DNA of 64,000 nt, taken from assembly GCA_038087875.1 (NCBI GenBank), contig CM075981.1:1054001-1118000 (forward strand), read 5' to 3'. The notes beneath the pieces are model-generated. The model had not been told where the DNA came from and did no database searches. It saw only the letters and a program-made list of their open reading frames with translations. Source of the stretch: Malacoraja senta (taxonomy: Eukaryota). Position numbers and translations under genes: made by a program. Below are positions 1-12,079 of the stretch, piece after piece; the stretch's first letter is position 1, and the number at the start of each line of letters is the position of its first letter.

Positions 1-47
1 TTTCACAAAACCTTTGGCCAGGATGTCATTCACAGTCCAGTTGGCAA

Positions 48-700
48 GTTTAGTTTAGTTTAGTTTATCGTCACGTGTACCAAGGTACAGTGAGAAGCTT
101 TTTGTTGCATGCTCTCCAATCAACAGAAAGACTATGCATGATTACTGTTTAAGAAAGAACTCCAGATGCTGGAAAAATCGAAGGTAGACAAAAATGCTGG
201 AGAAACTCAGCGGGTGAGGCAACATCTATGGAGTGAAGGAATAGGCGACGTTTTGGGTCGAGACCCTGGGTCGGGACCCGAAACGTCACCTATTCATTCG
301 CTCCATAGATGCTCCCTCACCTGCTGAGTTTCACCACCGCTTTTGCCTACCTATGCATGATTACTAACAGCCATCCACAGTGTACAGATACAGGATAAAG
401 TGAATAACATTTAATGCAAGATAAAGTCCAGTGAAGACCGGGTAAAGATAGTCTGACTGTCTACATTGAGGTAGATGGGAGGTTAGAACCTCTATCAGTT
501 TCCTGATAACTGCTGGGAAGAAACTGACCCTGAATCTGGAGATATGCGTTTTTACATGTCTGTACCTCTTGGCTGATGGGAGAGGGGAGAAGAGGGAGTG
601 TCCAGGGTGTGACTCATCCCTGATTATGCTGGAGGCGTTGCCAAGGCAACGTGTAGTGTAGATGGAGTCAATGGAAGGGAGATTGGTATACAATCAGACA
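48..700 (-). mobile_element. Rex1/Babar-like LINE 3' fragment (interrupted by a fold-back element at 147-350)
   Basis: ORF 364-693 reads YTTRCLGNASSIIRDESHPGHSLFSPLPSAKRYR...SFFP, typical of the C-terminus of DUF1891-type LINE ORF2; (TAAAC)n tail at 48-68 on the minus strand. Confidence 0.6.
147..350. mobile_element. Fold-back (inverted pair) of Penelope-like element terminus
   Basis: Left arm is the reverse complement of the right arm; flanked by a 15-bp direct repeat ctatgcatgattact (132-146, 351-365). Confidence 0.7.
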
Positions 701-2124
701 CTGTGTTAATAAAGGACAAAGAAAATAATGAATTCATTATATCTCACTTTAATCTATTTCAAGGCAGATTGCTGCCCTTAAAGTCAGCCTGTGTGGCGAT
801 AAGAATTACTAACCACTTGAAAGCATCGCTTGGAGTTGTGTCTTGGCCCTGGTACAGTAGATGTACGATTGGACAAGCAATCAGTAAAGAACTAATAGCG
901 GTCATCAAATGATTGTGTCTGAGTTCAATACTCATTAGGTTCGGCACGTTCAATTAGTAAGGATCTCTGGGAGGAAACGTGTTTTGAACGCCTTCAATAT
1001 ATTTTCTCAGAAAGAAAAACAGAGAAGTGAGACACTCCGCATGGGAAATACAAAATAGATTATTTCAGCATCTCACTTCCGTTAATTTTTTCAAGGAAAA
1101 GTTTATATGATCTTAGCAAGCAATTGGGACAGGGTCATGTGCATTTATGAGAGTGAGATCATGTCGGACAATGTAGCTGAGAGATTTATGGATCCTGGGT
1201 CTCTGGCGATGTGAGGCAGCAGCTCTACCAGCTGCGCCACTGTGCCACAGGATGATGGAGAAAAAGCTGTCAACTTGTAGGCTATGGGGGCTTCTTCTCT
1301 GTATTGCTGTTAACAAAACAGAGCACCTAATCTAACTTCCTTTATTGTTCGAAACAACATTCAACTAAGATAACAGCACTGTGCCAACAATCATACCATG
1401 CAGTGCTCATAGTTTGAACACAACATAAAGCAAGAGTATAGTCTGAAGAAGGGTCTCGACCAGAAATGTCACCTATCCTTTATCTCCAGAAATACTGCCT
1501 GACCTGCAAAGTTACTCCAACACTTTGTGTCCATCTTCAGTAGATCATTTGGCCCTTTGTATCTACTCCGCCACTCAATGCATCATGGCTGACACAGCAC
1601 CACTTTGGGAACTGATTCCATATCCCTTGTTTCCTATAATTTCTAATAAAAATATAGATTTTTATTGTGATTGAGCCTCGATGGCCTCCTGGTGAGAACT
1701 TCAAGGATTCACCATGTTCTTTGTAAAAAGAGGCTTCTTGTCCCATTCTTGAATGACTGACCTCATATTTTGGGTCAAATGCACCTTATAAACAGGAGAA
1801 GCTTCATCCCTGCAGCTACCCTGTCAAACCCTGTTAATATATTGAGCCCATTAGGCCCATCGATTCCTTACCAGCTTTGGGAGATTACCCATTCATCTGT
1901 CCCCATCCTACATCCCTTCACCTATTGTCTTGCATGTTACAGTTGCCAGTTATCCTACCACCTAGCATGCTCTGGGATGTGGGAGGACACTGGAGAATCC
2001 AGGCGATAACAATGCAAATTTGTCACATAGATACATAGATACATAGAAAATAGGTGCAGGAGTAGGCCATTCGGCCCTTCGAGCCTGCACCGCCATTCAA
2101 TATGATCATGGCTGATCATCCAAC

Positions 2125-5061
2125 TCAGTATCCCGTACCTGCCTTCTCTCCATACCCCCTGATCCTTTTAGCCACAAGGGCCACATCTAACTCCCTCTTA
2201 AATATAGCCAATGAACTGGCGTCAACTACCCTCTGTGGCAGAGAGTTCCAGAGATTCACCACTCTCTGTGTGAAAAAGTTTTTCCTCATCTCGGTCTTAA
2301 AGGATTTCCCCCTTATCCTTAAGCTGTGACCCCTTGTCCTGGACTTCCCCAACATCGGGAACAATCTTCCTGCATCTAGCCTGTCCAACCCCATAAGAAT
2401 TTTGTACGTTTCTATAAGATCCCCTCTCAATCTCCTAAATTCTAGCGAGTATAAGCCAAGTCTATCCAGTCTTTCTTCATATGAAAGTCCTGACATCCCA
2501 GGAATCAGTCTGGTGAACCTTCTCTGCACTCCCTCTATGGCTATAATGTCCTTCCTCAGATTTGGAGACCAAAACTGTACGCAATACTCCAGGTGTGGTC
2601 TCACCAAGACCCTGTACAACTGCAGTAGAACCTCCCTGCTCCTATACTCAAATCCTCTTGCTATGAAGGCCAACATACCATTCGCTTTCTTCACTGGCTG
2701 CTGCACCTGCATGCCTACTTTCAATGACTGGTGTACCATGACACCCAGGTCTCGCTGCACCTCCCCATTTCCTAATCGGCCACCATTTAGATAATAGTCT
2801 GCCTTCCCGTTTTTGCCACCAAAGTGGATAACCTCACATTTATCCACATTATACTGCATCTGCCAAACATTTGCCCACTGCCCCAGCCTATCCAAGTCAC
2901 CTTGCAGTCTCCTAGCATCCTCCTCACAGCTAACACTGCCCCCCAGCTTAGTGTCATCCGCGAACTTGGAGATGTTGCTTTCAATTCCCTCGTCCAGATC
3001 ATTAATATAAATTGTAAATAGCTGGGGTCCCAGCACTGAGCCTTGCGGTACCCCACTAGTCACTGCCTGCCATTGTGAAAAGGACCCGTTTACTCCTACT
3101 CTTTGCTTCCTGTTTGCCAGCCAGTTCTCTATCCACATCAATACTGAACCCCCAATACCGTGTGATTTAAGCTTGTATCCTAATCTCTTATGTGGTACCT
3201 TGTCGAAAGCCTTCTGAAAGTCCAGATACAACACATCCACTGGTTCTCCCCTATCCACTCTACTAGTTACATCCTCGAAAAAATCTATAAGATTCGTCAG
3301 ACACGATTTACCTTTCGTAAATCCATGCTGACTTTGTCCAATGATTTCACCACTTTCCAAATGTGCTGCTATCCCATCTTTAATAACTGACTCTAGCAGT
3401 TTCCCCACTACCGATGTTAGACTAACTGGTCTGTAATTCCCCGTTTTCTCTCTCCCTCCCTTCTTAAAAAGTGGGGTTACGTTTGCTACCCTCCAATCCT
3501 CAGGAACTACTCCAGAATCTAAAGAATTTTGAAAAATTATCACTAATGCATCCACTATTTCTGGAGCTACTTCCTTAAGTACTCTGGGATGCAGGCTATT
3601 TTGCCCTGGTGATTTATCGGCCTTTAATCCATTCAATTTACCCAACACCACTTCCCGACTAACCTGGATTTCACTCAGTTCCTCCATCTCCTTTGACCCG
3701 CGGCCCCCTGCTATTTCCGGCAGATTATTTACGTCTTCCTTAGTGAAGACGGAACCAAAGTAGTTATTCAATTGGTCCGCCATATCCTTGTTCCCCATGA
3801 TCAATTCACCTGTTTCTGACTGCAAGGGACCTACATTTGTTTTAACTAATCTCTTTCTCTTCACATATCTATAAAAACTTTTGCAGTCAGTTTTTATGTT
3901 CCCTGCCAGTTTCCTTTCATAATCTATTTTCCCTTTCCTAATTAAGCCCTTTGTCCTCCTCTGCTGGTCTCTGAATTTCTCCCAGTCCTCTGGTATGCTG
4001 CTTTTTCTGGCTAATTTGTACGCAACATCTTTTGCTTTGATACTATCCCTGATTTCCCTTGTTATCCACGGATGCACTACCTTCCCTGATTTATTCTTTT
4101 GCCAAACTGGGATGAACATTTTTTGTAGTTCATCCATGCAGTCTTTAAATGCCTTCCATTGCATATCCACCGTCAACCCTTTTAGAACTAATTGCCAGTC
4201 AATCTTGGCCAATTCACGTCTCATATCCTCAAAGTTACCTTTCTTTAAGTTCAGAACCGTTGTTTCTGAATTAACAATGTCACTCTCCATCCTAATGAAG
4301 AACTCAACCATATTATGGTCACTCTTGCCCAAGGGGGCACGCACAACAAGTCTGCTAACTAACCCTTCCTCATTACTCAATACCCAGTCTAGAATAGCCT
4401 GCTCTCTCGTTGGTTCCTCTACATGTTGGTTTAGATAACTATCCCGCATACATTCCAAGAAATCCTCTTCCTCAGCACCCCTGCCAATTTGATTCACCCA
4501 ATCTATATGTAGATTGAAGTCACCCATTATAACTGTTTTGCCTTTGTTGCACGCATTTCTAATTTCCTGTTTGATGCCATCCCCAACTTCACTACTACTG
4601 CTAGGTGGCCTGTACACAACACCCACCAGCGTTTTCTGCCCCTTAGTGTTTCGCAGCTCTACCCATACCGATTCCACTTCCTCCAAGCTAATGTCCTTCC
4701 TTTCCACTGCGTTAATCTCCTCTCTAACCAGCAACGCTACCCCACCTCCTTTTCCTTTCTCTCTATCCCTCCTGAATATTGAATATCCCTGGATGTTCAG
4801 CTCCCAGACTTGGTCACCCTGGAGCCATGTCTCCGTGATCCCAACTATATCATAATCATTAATTGCTATCTGCACGTTCAACTCATCGACCTTATTACGA
4901 ATGCTCCTTGCATTGAGACACAAAGCCTTCAGGCTTGTTTTTACAACGCTCTTACCCCTTATACAATTATGTTGGAAAGTGGCTCTTTTTGATTTTTGCC
5001 CTGGATTTGTCTGCCTGCCACTTTTACTTTTCACCTTGCTACCTATTGCTTCCGCCCACAT
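2125..5061 (-). CDS. CR1 ORF2: APE endonuclease plus reverse transcriptase (978 aa from the first Met after the ORF1 stop)
   Basis: Motifs LNARS, GITETW, GDFN, SDH, QGSVLGP, FADDTKL; C-terminus GYGEKAGTGY; no stops or frameshifts. Confidence 0.92.
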   Translation of the reverse strand: MWAEAIGSKVKSKSGRQTNPGQKSKRATFQHNCIRGKSVVKTSLKALCLNARSIRNKVDELNVQIAINDYDIVGITETWLQGDQVWELNIQGYSIFRRDREKGKGGGVALLVREEINAVERKDISLEEVESVWVELRNTKGQKTLVGVVYRPPSSSSEVGDGIKQEIRNACNKGKTVIMGDFNLHIDWVNQIGRGAEEEDFLECMRDSYLNQHVEEPTREQAILDWVLSNEEGLVSRLVVRAPLGKSDHNMVEFFIRMESDIVNSETTVLNLKKGNFEDMRRELAKIDWQLVLKGLTVDMQWKAFKDCMDELQKMFIPVWQKNKSGKVVHPWITREIRDSIKAKDVAYKLARKSSIPEDWEKFRDQQRRTKGLIRKGKIDYERKLAGNIKTDCKSFYRYVKRKRLVKTNVGPLQSETGELIMGNKDMADQLNNYFGSVFTKEDVNNLPEIAGGRGSKEMEELSEIQVSREVVLGKLNGLKADKSPGQNSLHPRVLKEVAPEIVDALVIIFQNSLDSGVVPEDWRVANVTPLFKKGGREKTGNYRPVSLTSVVGKLLESVIKDGIAAHLESGEIIGQSQHGFTKGKSCLTNLIDFFEDVTSRVDRGEPVDVLYLDFQKAFDKVPHKRLGYKLKSHGIGGSVLMWIENWLANRKQRVGVNGSFSQWQAVTSGVPQGSVLGPQLFTIYINDLDEGIESNISKFADDTKLGGSVSCEEDARRLQGDLDRLGQWANVWQMQYNVDKCEVIHFGGKNGKADYYLNGGRLGNGEVQRDLGVMVHQSLKVGMQVQQPVKKANGMLAFIARGFEYRSREVLLQLYRVLVRPHLEYCVQFWSPNLRKDIIAIEGVQRRFTRLIPGMSGLSYEERLDRLGLYSLEFRRLRGDLIETYKILMGLDRLDAGRLFPMLGKSRTRGHSLRIRGKSFKTEMRKNFFTQRVVNLWNSLPQRVVDASSLAIFKRELDVALVAKRIRGYGEKAGTGY

Positions 5062-5240
5062 TTTGCACCCCTCTGTTTCTCTGCTCACCCATTTAAGAAC
5101 CCCACCACCTCTTATTCTCTGTTTATTATTGTTTTCTTCTTCCCCCCCTACATGTTGGGTCTGAGTGCTTTCCTTCTCTGCCTCCTGCCTCACACACTGT
5201 CTAATAGCATTCTCTATTTGAGTCCCTCCCCCCAACCATT

Positions 5241-5787
5241 CTAGTTTAAAGTCTCCCCAGTAGCCTTTGCAGATCTCCCCGCCAGGATATCGGTCCCCCT
5301 CAGGTTCAAGTGCAACCCATCCTTTTTGTACAGGTCGTACCTTCCACAAAAGAGGTCCCAATGATCCAGAAATTTGAATCCCTGCCTTCTGCACCAGTCC
5401 TTCAGCCACGCATTTATCCTCCACCTCGCTCCATTCCTACTCTCACTGTCGCGTGGCACAGGCAGTAATCCCGAGATTGTTACCTTCGCTGTCCTTCTCT
5501 TTAACTCCCCTCCTAACTCCCTAAATTCTCCTTTCAGGACCTCTTCTCTTTTTTTACCTATGTCATTGGTACCTAAATGTATCACGACTTCGGGCTCCTC
5601 TCCCTGCCCTTTCAGGATGTCTTGGACACGTTGAGACACATCACAGACCCTGGCACCAGGGAGGCAAACTACCATCCGGGTCTCCCGACTGCGTCCACAG
5701 AATCGCCTGTCTGACCCCCTAACTATAGAGTCCCCTATTAATATTGCCCTCCTCTTCTTACCCTTCTGAGCAACAGGACCGGTCTCT
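5241..5787 (-). CDS. CR1 ORF1 C-terminal SGNH/GDSL esterase domain (partial)
   Basis: ILIGDSIVRG, HLGTNDI and DGLHLN blocks. Confidence 0.88.
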
Positions 5788-6135
5788 ATACAGGGAGAAC
5801 ATGCAAATTTAACACAGAAAGCAATGAAGTTTGGAATTCGACCCAGACGACTAGAGCTGTGAGGCAGATGCACAAGCAGTAGAATCTCCTCAAAATTAGC
5901 CACAAATAGCTGGAGTAACTCAGCTTGTCAGGCAGCATCTCTGGAGAAAAGGAATAGGTGATGTTTTGGGTCAAGACCCTTCTTCTTCAGACTACAGACT
6001 GCTGAATTTTTAGTTTAGTTTAAATACAGTGTTGAAACTGGCTCTTTGGCCCACTATGCTGACCATATATCACCTTTGTATTAGTTCTGTGTGCATGTCT
6101 ATGTATATGGATATCTGGGCCCTTCTGCTCCACAG

Positions 6136-7310
6136 CACGGTGGCGCAGCGGTGGAGTTGCTGCCTTACAACGCCTACAGCGCCAAAGACCCAGGTTTGAT
6201 CCCGACTACGGGTGCCGTCTGTAAAGGGGGGTTGCACGTAAGGTCACTGGGTCATAGGGCTTGACGCACGGAGCCGCTCAATCCATCTGGAGGACATCCG
6301 TAACTTCCGGTATATGTTATTAATGCTAGAAACGCGTACTTTCCTACCTGTTAAAAACCGCCAAAATATTGATTTTTTTCCGCTGTAAAAAATTGTGGAA
6401 GTCGGGGTAAGTGTGAGAGACATGTACCCAACTTCAGAATTCCAAAAGTGAAGCGACAGCTGAAGGGACAACAACAGCTAAAGTGCTTGGTGAACATTGG
6501 CCGTGCAGATATCGGAATTGAAAATATTGGCAAAATGCGTTTGCTCACTGTATTTCATTAACGGTAAGGCATTATTTGGTTTTTTTCTTGATTCCTTTGG
6601 TATCTAAAAAGTCTCACGTGATAAATCTGGTTGTAAATTTTGCTTCAGAGGCGTTTTCTTTTTGTATGTAAAAACCCACTTGAGAACCATGGGCAATATT
6701 AAAATTTTACAGCCAGATTTATCCCTTCTGAAACTTTTTGGATGCCAAAGGAATGAAGAAAAAACACAAATAATACGTTAGTTGATGAAATGCAGTGAGC
6801 AAACGGCCAATGTTCGCCAAGCACTTTGGCTGTGTTTGTCTCTTCAGCTCTCGCTTCAATCTACCGTCATTTCTCCTCACTTTTTGAATTCTGAAGTAGG
6901 ATAAATGTCTCTCACGCTTATCCCGATTTCCATAATTATTTACAGCTCAAAAATGGACAATTTCGGCGGGTTTTAACGGGCCCGCTACGCTGGAAACAAT
7001 GGTAAGTGCTTACCTGCAGTTCATCGCGTGTACTCCACTTGGCGTAGCGTAGCAACAGTACGGGTCATGGGTCGTGACCCGACTGCCGTGAAACCTCCCT
7101 ATAGAGTATGTACGTACTCCCCGTGACCACATGGGATTTTATTCGAGATCTCCGGTTTCCTCCTTTCCTCAACGACATACAGGTGCAGGATAATTGGCTT
7201 GGTAAAATTATAAATTGTCCCAAATGTGTGTAGGGTAGTGTTAATTGCTGGTGGTGCAGACTCGGTGAACCAAAGGGCCTGATTCCAATTTGTATCTCTA
7301 AACTAAACAT
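6136..7310 (+). mobile_element. HE1/V-SINE-type SINE split by a DNA-transposon insertion at 6225-7100
   Basis: tRNA-like head (ggcgcagcggtggagttgctgccttac...), body resumes at 7101, (ctaaa)n tail near 7300. Confidence 0.7.
6225..7100. mobile_element. Non-autonomous DNA transposon (MITE-like), superfamily unresolved
   Basis: Termini AGGGGGGTTGCACG and reverse-complement AGGGAGGTTTCACG (12/14); about 170-190 bp subterminal inverted repeats at about 6348-6505 and 6801-6980; no ORF. Confidence 0.75.
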
Positions 7311-8561
7311 GAAGACCTTTTAATCTCTTGCCGTTTATAAAACCGGTCAGCATTTCTGCTTTCTTCCCCTCTTGTCTCATATGTTGCATTTCCCACATCC
7401 TTCTGCATTCACTTAACAAAACTGCATTCCACAATGACCCTCTATATCCTCTTCACAGCTCACCCTGTCATGCAGCTCATAACCCAGGACTTTTGGAGTG
7501 GTTTGAATATGGATCCCAATAGGCACTATTTTTATTAATTCGTTGAACATTGTTTTGTTTGCTTGTTATTTTATCCATTGAGCACTTGCTGGCTTAACCT
7601 AGCACTGAACGTTATTCCCTTATCATGTATCTATACACTGTAATGGTTCAATTGTAAGCATGTATTGTCTTTCTGCTGACTGGTTAGCACGCAACAAAAC
7701 CTTTTCACTGTACCTCAGTACACGTGACAATAAACTAAACTGAAACTGACTCAAACTATGTTTACAAACCTGTTGTGCTGCTGCAAGTAAGAATGTCATT
7801 GTTCTATTTCGGGACATATGACAATAAAACACCCTTAACTCTCGAGTAAAAAATTATCACAAGTGAAGAGAAAAAAAAAGCTTTATTGTGTTTTATTAAT
7901 CTCAATATTCAACATTATCTCAGCGTGGCTTTTCCTGGAAGCAGAAACATTCTCTGCGCAAGTACACATTCATTATCTTCAATATGCAATATTTGCCATC
8001 TCCAACTTTTGTTTCCTTTTTGTTTGTGTCTCCTGTGATGCAGGAGGTGCCTTTGTAGATCGATACACTCGCTCATTCTGCACTCAAGTGTTCAGGTGGG
8101 TTACTTGCTCAAGTGCTGCGATGAGATTTGAACCCACAACCTTTAGTTGTAGAGAGAAGATGTTTGCACTGTAACATAACTCCTCTCAGTCTATGTTGGG
8201 GATGGGTGTGAGGAAGGAGACTGCATCATTCAATGCATTGAGCAAAATGGCTGCTATTTGCATAGCTGACCCAGATTCAGCAATTTAATGGCAATTGCTG
8301 ATCATTGGTAACAAGGAAGGGAGTAGAAAAATGAGGAACTGCAGAAGCTGGTTTGCAAAAAAAAAGAGAAAAAGTTCTGGAATAACATAGTGGGTCAGGC
8401 AGCATCTCTTAAGAGATGGAATTGGTGACGTTGCAGATAGAGACCCTTCTTCAAAGTAAGCAGATGTGTTGATTACAGCAGAGGAACCTCAATGCAACCA
8501 TGGCATAAAGATGGGGCAACAAACAGCACTGGTCCAGGTAGGGGGCTGCCGAGAACATAGC

Positions 8562-8772
8562 GGACCTGGCGTGGGGTGGGGGTGTGTTAACAAAGGGGGA
8601 CATGGCATGGGGTGGGGGTGTGTTAACAAAGGGGGACATGGAGTGGGGGGGTGTTAACAAAGGGGGACATGGAGTGGGGTGGGGGTGTTTTAACAAAGGA
8701 GGACATGGCGTGGCGTGGGGTGGGGGTGTGTTAACAAAGGGGGACATGGCGTGGGGTTGGGGTGGGTGGGGG
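8562..8772 (+). repeat. G-rich minisatellite, about 5.5 copies of a roughly 31-41 bp unit
   Basis: Unit ggacatggc(g/a)tggggtgggggtgtgttaacaaaggg repeated in tandem. Confidence 0.92.
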
Positions 8773-8953
8773 AGCCAAGAACAAAGGGGGACCAATAGGG
8801 ACTGTAATGAATAGTTTGTAACTGTCGGCGCCCGATACATAGTGACTCTTTGTATACCTTGTTTATGGTACGCAAAACAAAAGAATTATCACCGTGACAT
8901 GTCACATGTGGTAATAAAGTACCAATCAATCAATCAATTACTCAATGGTTTAT

Positions 8954-9232
8954 CTAAGAAGTCACAGTGGCATAAATACTCTGCACAGTGTTCTGTGGAT
9001 TGTGAGGAGAAGGAGCTTTCTGACGGGCAATTTGGCTGACGCTTTGAGATGTAACTTCTGAGTAGGTGACATTGTCCTCCCCAGTACTGGAGTGAGACCC
9101 TGTCGATTTGCTTTGAAATTGCACTCCTGCATACACAGTTTGATGTTGATTAGAACAATGGGCAGCTTCCTTGTTGCTTTGAATGTCCGACAGTGTTGCA
9201 TAAACTGTGCTCCCTTTTCCTGCTGGTAATTC
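8954..9232 (-). CDS. Gene A exon 6: cytoplasmic tail with four tyrosine motifs, stop
   Basis: Acceptor ttttgtatttcag, phase 0; 279 nt reading ELPAGKGSTVYATL...TVYAGV...VTYSEV...SIYATVTS*. Confidence 0.9.
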   Translation of the reverse strand, partial: ELPAGKGSTVYATLSDIQSNKEAAHCSNQHQTVYAGVQFQSKSTGSHSSTGEDNVTYSEVTSQSVSQIARQKAPSPHNPQNTVQSIYATVTS

Positions 9233-9282
9233 CTGAAATACAAAAGAGAATCCAAGTCTGATGATTAGTGTTCAGTTTTAGT

Positions 9283-9605
9283 CACCATGTTATAGGAAAG
9301 ATGCTGTCAAGTTGGAAAGGGTGCAGAGAAGATTTGCAAGGATGTTGCCCAGACTCGTGGGCCTGAGCTATAGGGAGAGGTTGAGCAGGCCAGGACGCTT
9401 GGAGCGCAGGATGATGAGGGGTGATCTGATAGAGGTGTACAAAATCATGAGAGGAAAAGATAGGGTAGACGCACAGAGCCTTTTGCCCAGAGTAGAAGAA
9501 TCGAGAACCAGATGATATAGGTTTATGATGAGGGGGGAAAGATTTAATAGGAACCCGAGGGGTAACTTTCTACACAAAGTGTGGTGGGTGTATGGAACGA
9601 GCTGC
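9283..9605 (+). mobile_element. CR1 3' fragment in the last intron of gene A
   Basis: ERVQRRFARMLP...RGDLIEVYKIMRG. Confidence 0.85.
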
Positions 9606-9815
9606 TGTGTATGTGATCATGGCTGATCATCCACAATTAGTACTCCGTTCCTTTGAAATAATCATCCGATCTGTATGCATAAAATAACCTTGATGCACCT
9701 TGATGCATTTGATGATAAAGGAACCATAGAACCATTGAAGCAGATTAGTGAGGTTGAATTACAGAATTTTGTAAGTTCTCAAATACACGGTGAATTCATA
9801 CTTTGCCGTCTTTAC

Positions 9816-9862
9816 CTGCATTTCATTGTTAGATGCTCTGGGAGGTTTGTTCCCCTCTGATT
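9816..9862 (-). CDS. Gene A exon 5: membrane-proximal cytoplasmic exon
   Basis: ttgtgttttccag|47 nt|gtaaag; (K)SEGNKPPRASNNEMQ; phase 1 to 0 exactly bridges exons 4 and 6. Confidence 0.8.
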
Positions 9863-9914
9863 CTGGAAAACACAATGTTAACATTGAAAGGAGCATGTCA
9901 GAAACATTTTTAAA

Positions 9915-10140
9915 CATGTAGAGTTGGAAGGAACTGCAGATGCTGGTTTAAACCGAAGATGGACACAAAATGCTGGAGTAACTCAGCGGGACAGGCAGCA
10001 TCTCTGGAGAGAAGAAATGGATGACGTTTCAGGTTGAGACCCTTCTTCAGACCGTTCTCTCCAGAGATGCCTGTCCCGCTGATTTACTCCAGCATCTTCA
10101 ATCTGTCTTTGGTGTATATCCAACATCTGCAGTTCCTTCC
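9915..10140. mobile_element. Fold-back Penelope-terminus element with hammerhead-like core at 10023-10050 (-)
   Basis: Inverted arms; minus strand reads CTGAAGA-A-GGGT-CTCA-ACCT-GAAACGTC. Confidence 0.65.
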
Positions 10141-10329
10141 TATACTTTTATTCATGAGAACCACAGGGGCACCACAAGCCCAAATTGCTGCAAGCAGCAC
10201 AATTCTGGTCAGGTTACTGTACTGAAAGTTCAAAAAGGATCAGAAAGGACTCTTCTTGATTAATAGGGACTTCAACGTTTAAGGGGAGAATGGAGAGGGA
10301 AAATGTGATCACCCACGATTGATTAGCCC

Positions 10330-10620
10330 ATTAATCAAGAACCCGTCAATCTGTGCTTTTAAAAATACTCAATGACTTGATCTCCACAGCTGTCTGTGAC
10401 AATAAATTCCACAGATTCACCACCCTCTGGCTAAAGAAATTCATCCTCCACTCATTTCTAAAGATACACCCTTTTATTCTGAGGCTGTGCCCTCTGGTCC
10501 TAGTCTCTCCCACTAGTGGAAACAACCTCTCCACATCCGTTCTATCTCGGCCTTTCACTATTTGGTAACTTTCAATGAGGTTCACCTCATCCTTCTAAAC
10601 TCCAGTGAGTACAGGCCCGG
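10330..10620 (-). mobile_element. CR1 3' fragment
   Basis: LIESYQIVKG...TRGHSLRIKG...NFFSQRVVNLWN. Confidence 0.8.
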
Positions 10621-11534
10621 TGCTGTATATAACGAACTACGGCAGATTATTGAGAAATCCTAATCCACACTTTCAAACACAACAGCTAATTTACTGAGAT
10701 GTGTCGAAAGGAACTGAAGATGCTGATATTTACCGAAGATAGGCAAAAACTGGTGGAGTAACTCAGACTGAAGAAGGATCCCAACCCGATACTTCACCAT
10801 TCCTTTTTCTCCAGTGATGCCACCTGACCTGCTGTTATTCCAGCATTATGTGTTTATCTTAGCTAATTTGCCATGGTCCAGTTTTTGATAACTGGGAGGG
10901 TGGGGTGCAAGTAAATCTCACGTCTCATTAACCTCTTATCTTAGTTCTTGTGCCATGGACTCGAACTAAGACTCAAACAGCATAGAAAGCAGCCCTTTGC
11001 CCCACCTTGCCCATGCCAACCAAATTGCTCAATCTACACTAGCCCAACCTGCTCACTTTTGGCCCCTATCCCACTAAACCATTCCTATTGAAGATATACA
11101 CAAAAAGCTGGAGTAACTCAGTGGGTCAGACAGCATCTCTGGAGAAAAGGAATAGGTGACGTCTGGAGTCGAGAACTTGCCTATTCTTTTTCTCAAGAGA
11201 TGCCGTCTGACCCGCTGAGTTACTCCAGCTGTTTGTGTTTATCTTCGGTTTCAACCAGCATCTGCAGTTCCTTTCCACACAAACTATTCCTATTCATTTA
11301 CCTGTCCAAATATTTTTTAAATGTTGTTGTAGGACTTGCCTCAACCACCTCCTCTGGCAGCTCGTTCCAAAACGTTCCCCCTGAGCTTCCAAAACATTGC
11401 CCCTCAGGTTCCTATTAAATATTACCCTTGTCACCTGGCAGTTACATTGTTCTTCTGTGCTACATATAACTAAATAAAAACATCTCAACTCTGGGTCTTG
11501 GTTATCAAGAACCGACTACAATCTCTTAACATAG

Positions 11535-11830
11535 GGTGGCACAGTACCACAGCCTGTAGAGCTGCTGCCTCACAGTGCCAGAGACTCGGGTTAAATCCTC
11601 ACCTCGAGTCCTGCCTGCATGGAGATTGCCTGTTCTCCCTGTGACTGCGTGGGTTACCTCCGGGTGCTCCGGTTTCCCCCTACATCCTAAAGACATGCAC
11701 GTCTGTTGGTTAATTGCCCACTGTAAATTGCCCCTAGTGTATAGGTGAGGGGTAGAATCTTGGGGGAATTGATAACAACATGGAGAGAACAAAGTTGGAT
11801 AAGATTAGTGTGTAGAAAGGACCTGCAGAT
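11535..11830 (+). mobile_element. HE1/V-SINE-type SINE
   Basis: tRNA-like head and V-domain core gtgctccggtttcc...aaagacatgca; boundaries approximate. Confidence 0.65.
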
Positions 11831-11952
11831 GAACGAATGAATGAATAAGTTTATTGGCCAATGATTCACATACAAGGAATTTGCCTTGGTGCTCCGCTCA
11901 CTCCGCAAGTGACAATGACAAACAGTGACAGTTAGGAATGACTGTTAAGAAG

Positions 11953-12079
11953 TGTTTAAGAAGGAACTGCAGATGCTGGAAAATCGAAGGTACACAAAAA
12001 TGCTGGAGAAACTCAGCGGGTGCAGCAGCATCTATGGAGCGAAGGAAATAGGCAACGTTTCGGGCCGAAACCCTTCTTC
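11953..12079 (-). mobile_element. Solo Penelope-terminus element
   Basis: 14-bp flanking repeat atgactgttaagaa (11939-11952, 12080-12093). Confidence 0.7.

Larger units (their letters stand above)
2025..5787 (-). mobile_element. CR1 LINE, 5'-truncated inside ORF1, ORF2 open
   Basis: SGNH ORF1 remnant plus uninterrupted APE-RT ORF2; (TCTATGTA)n tail at about 2025-2048. Confidence 0.95.

Noticed and set aside
2125-5424. 1099-aa ORF as a novel long protein
   Set aside because: CR1 ORF2 plus an open purine-rich spacer; the listed start is a non-ATG codon inside ORF1
6136-6225. tRNA genes
   Set aside because: tRNA-like A and B boxes belong to SINE heads; no cloverleaf or acceptor stem was found
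8562-8772. CRISPR-like array
   Set aside because: Head-to-tail units with no unique spacers, vertebrate context, no cas genes
8451-8840. Pro/His-rich and Gly-rich repetitive ORFs
   Set aside because: Translations of the minisatellite
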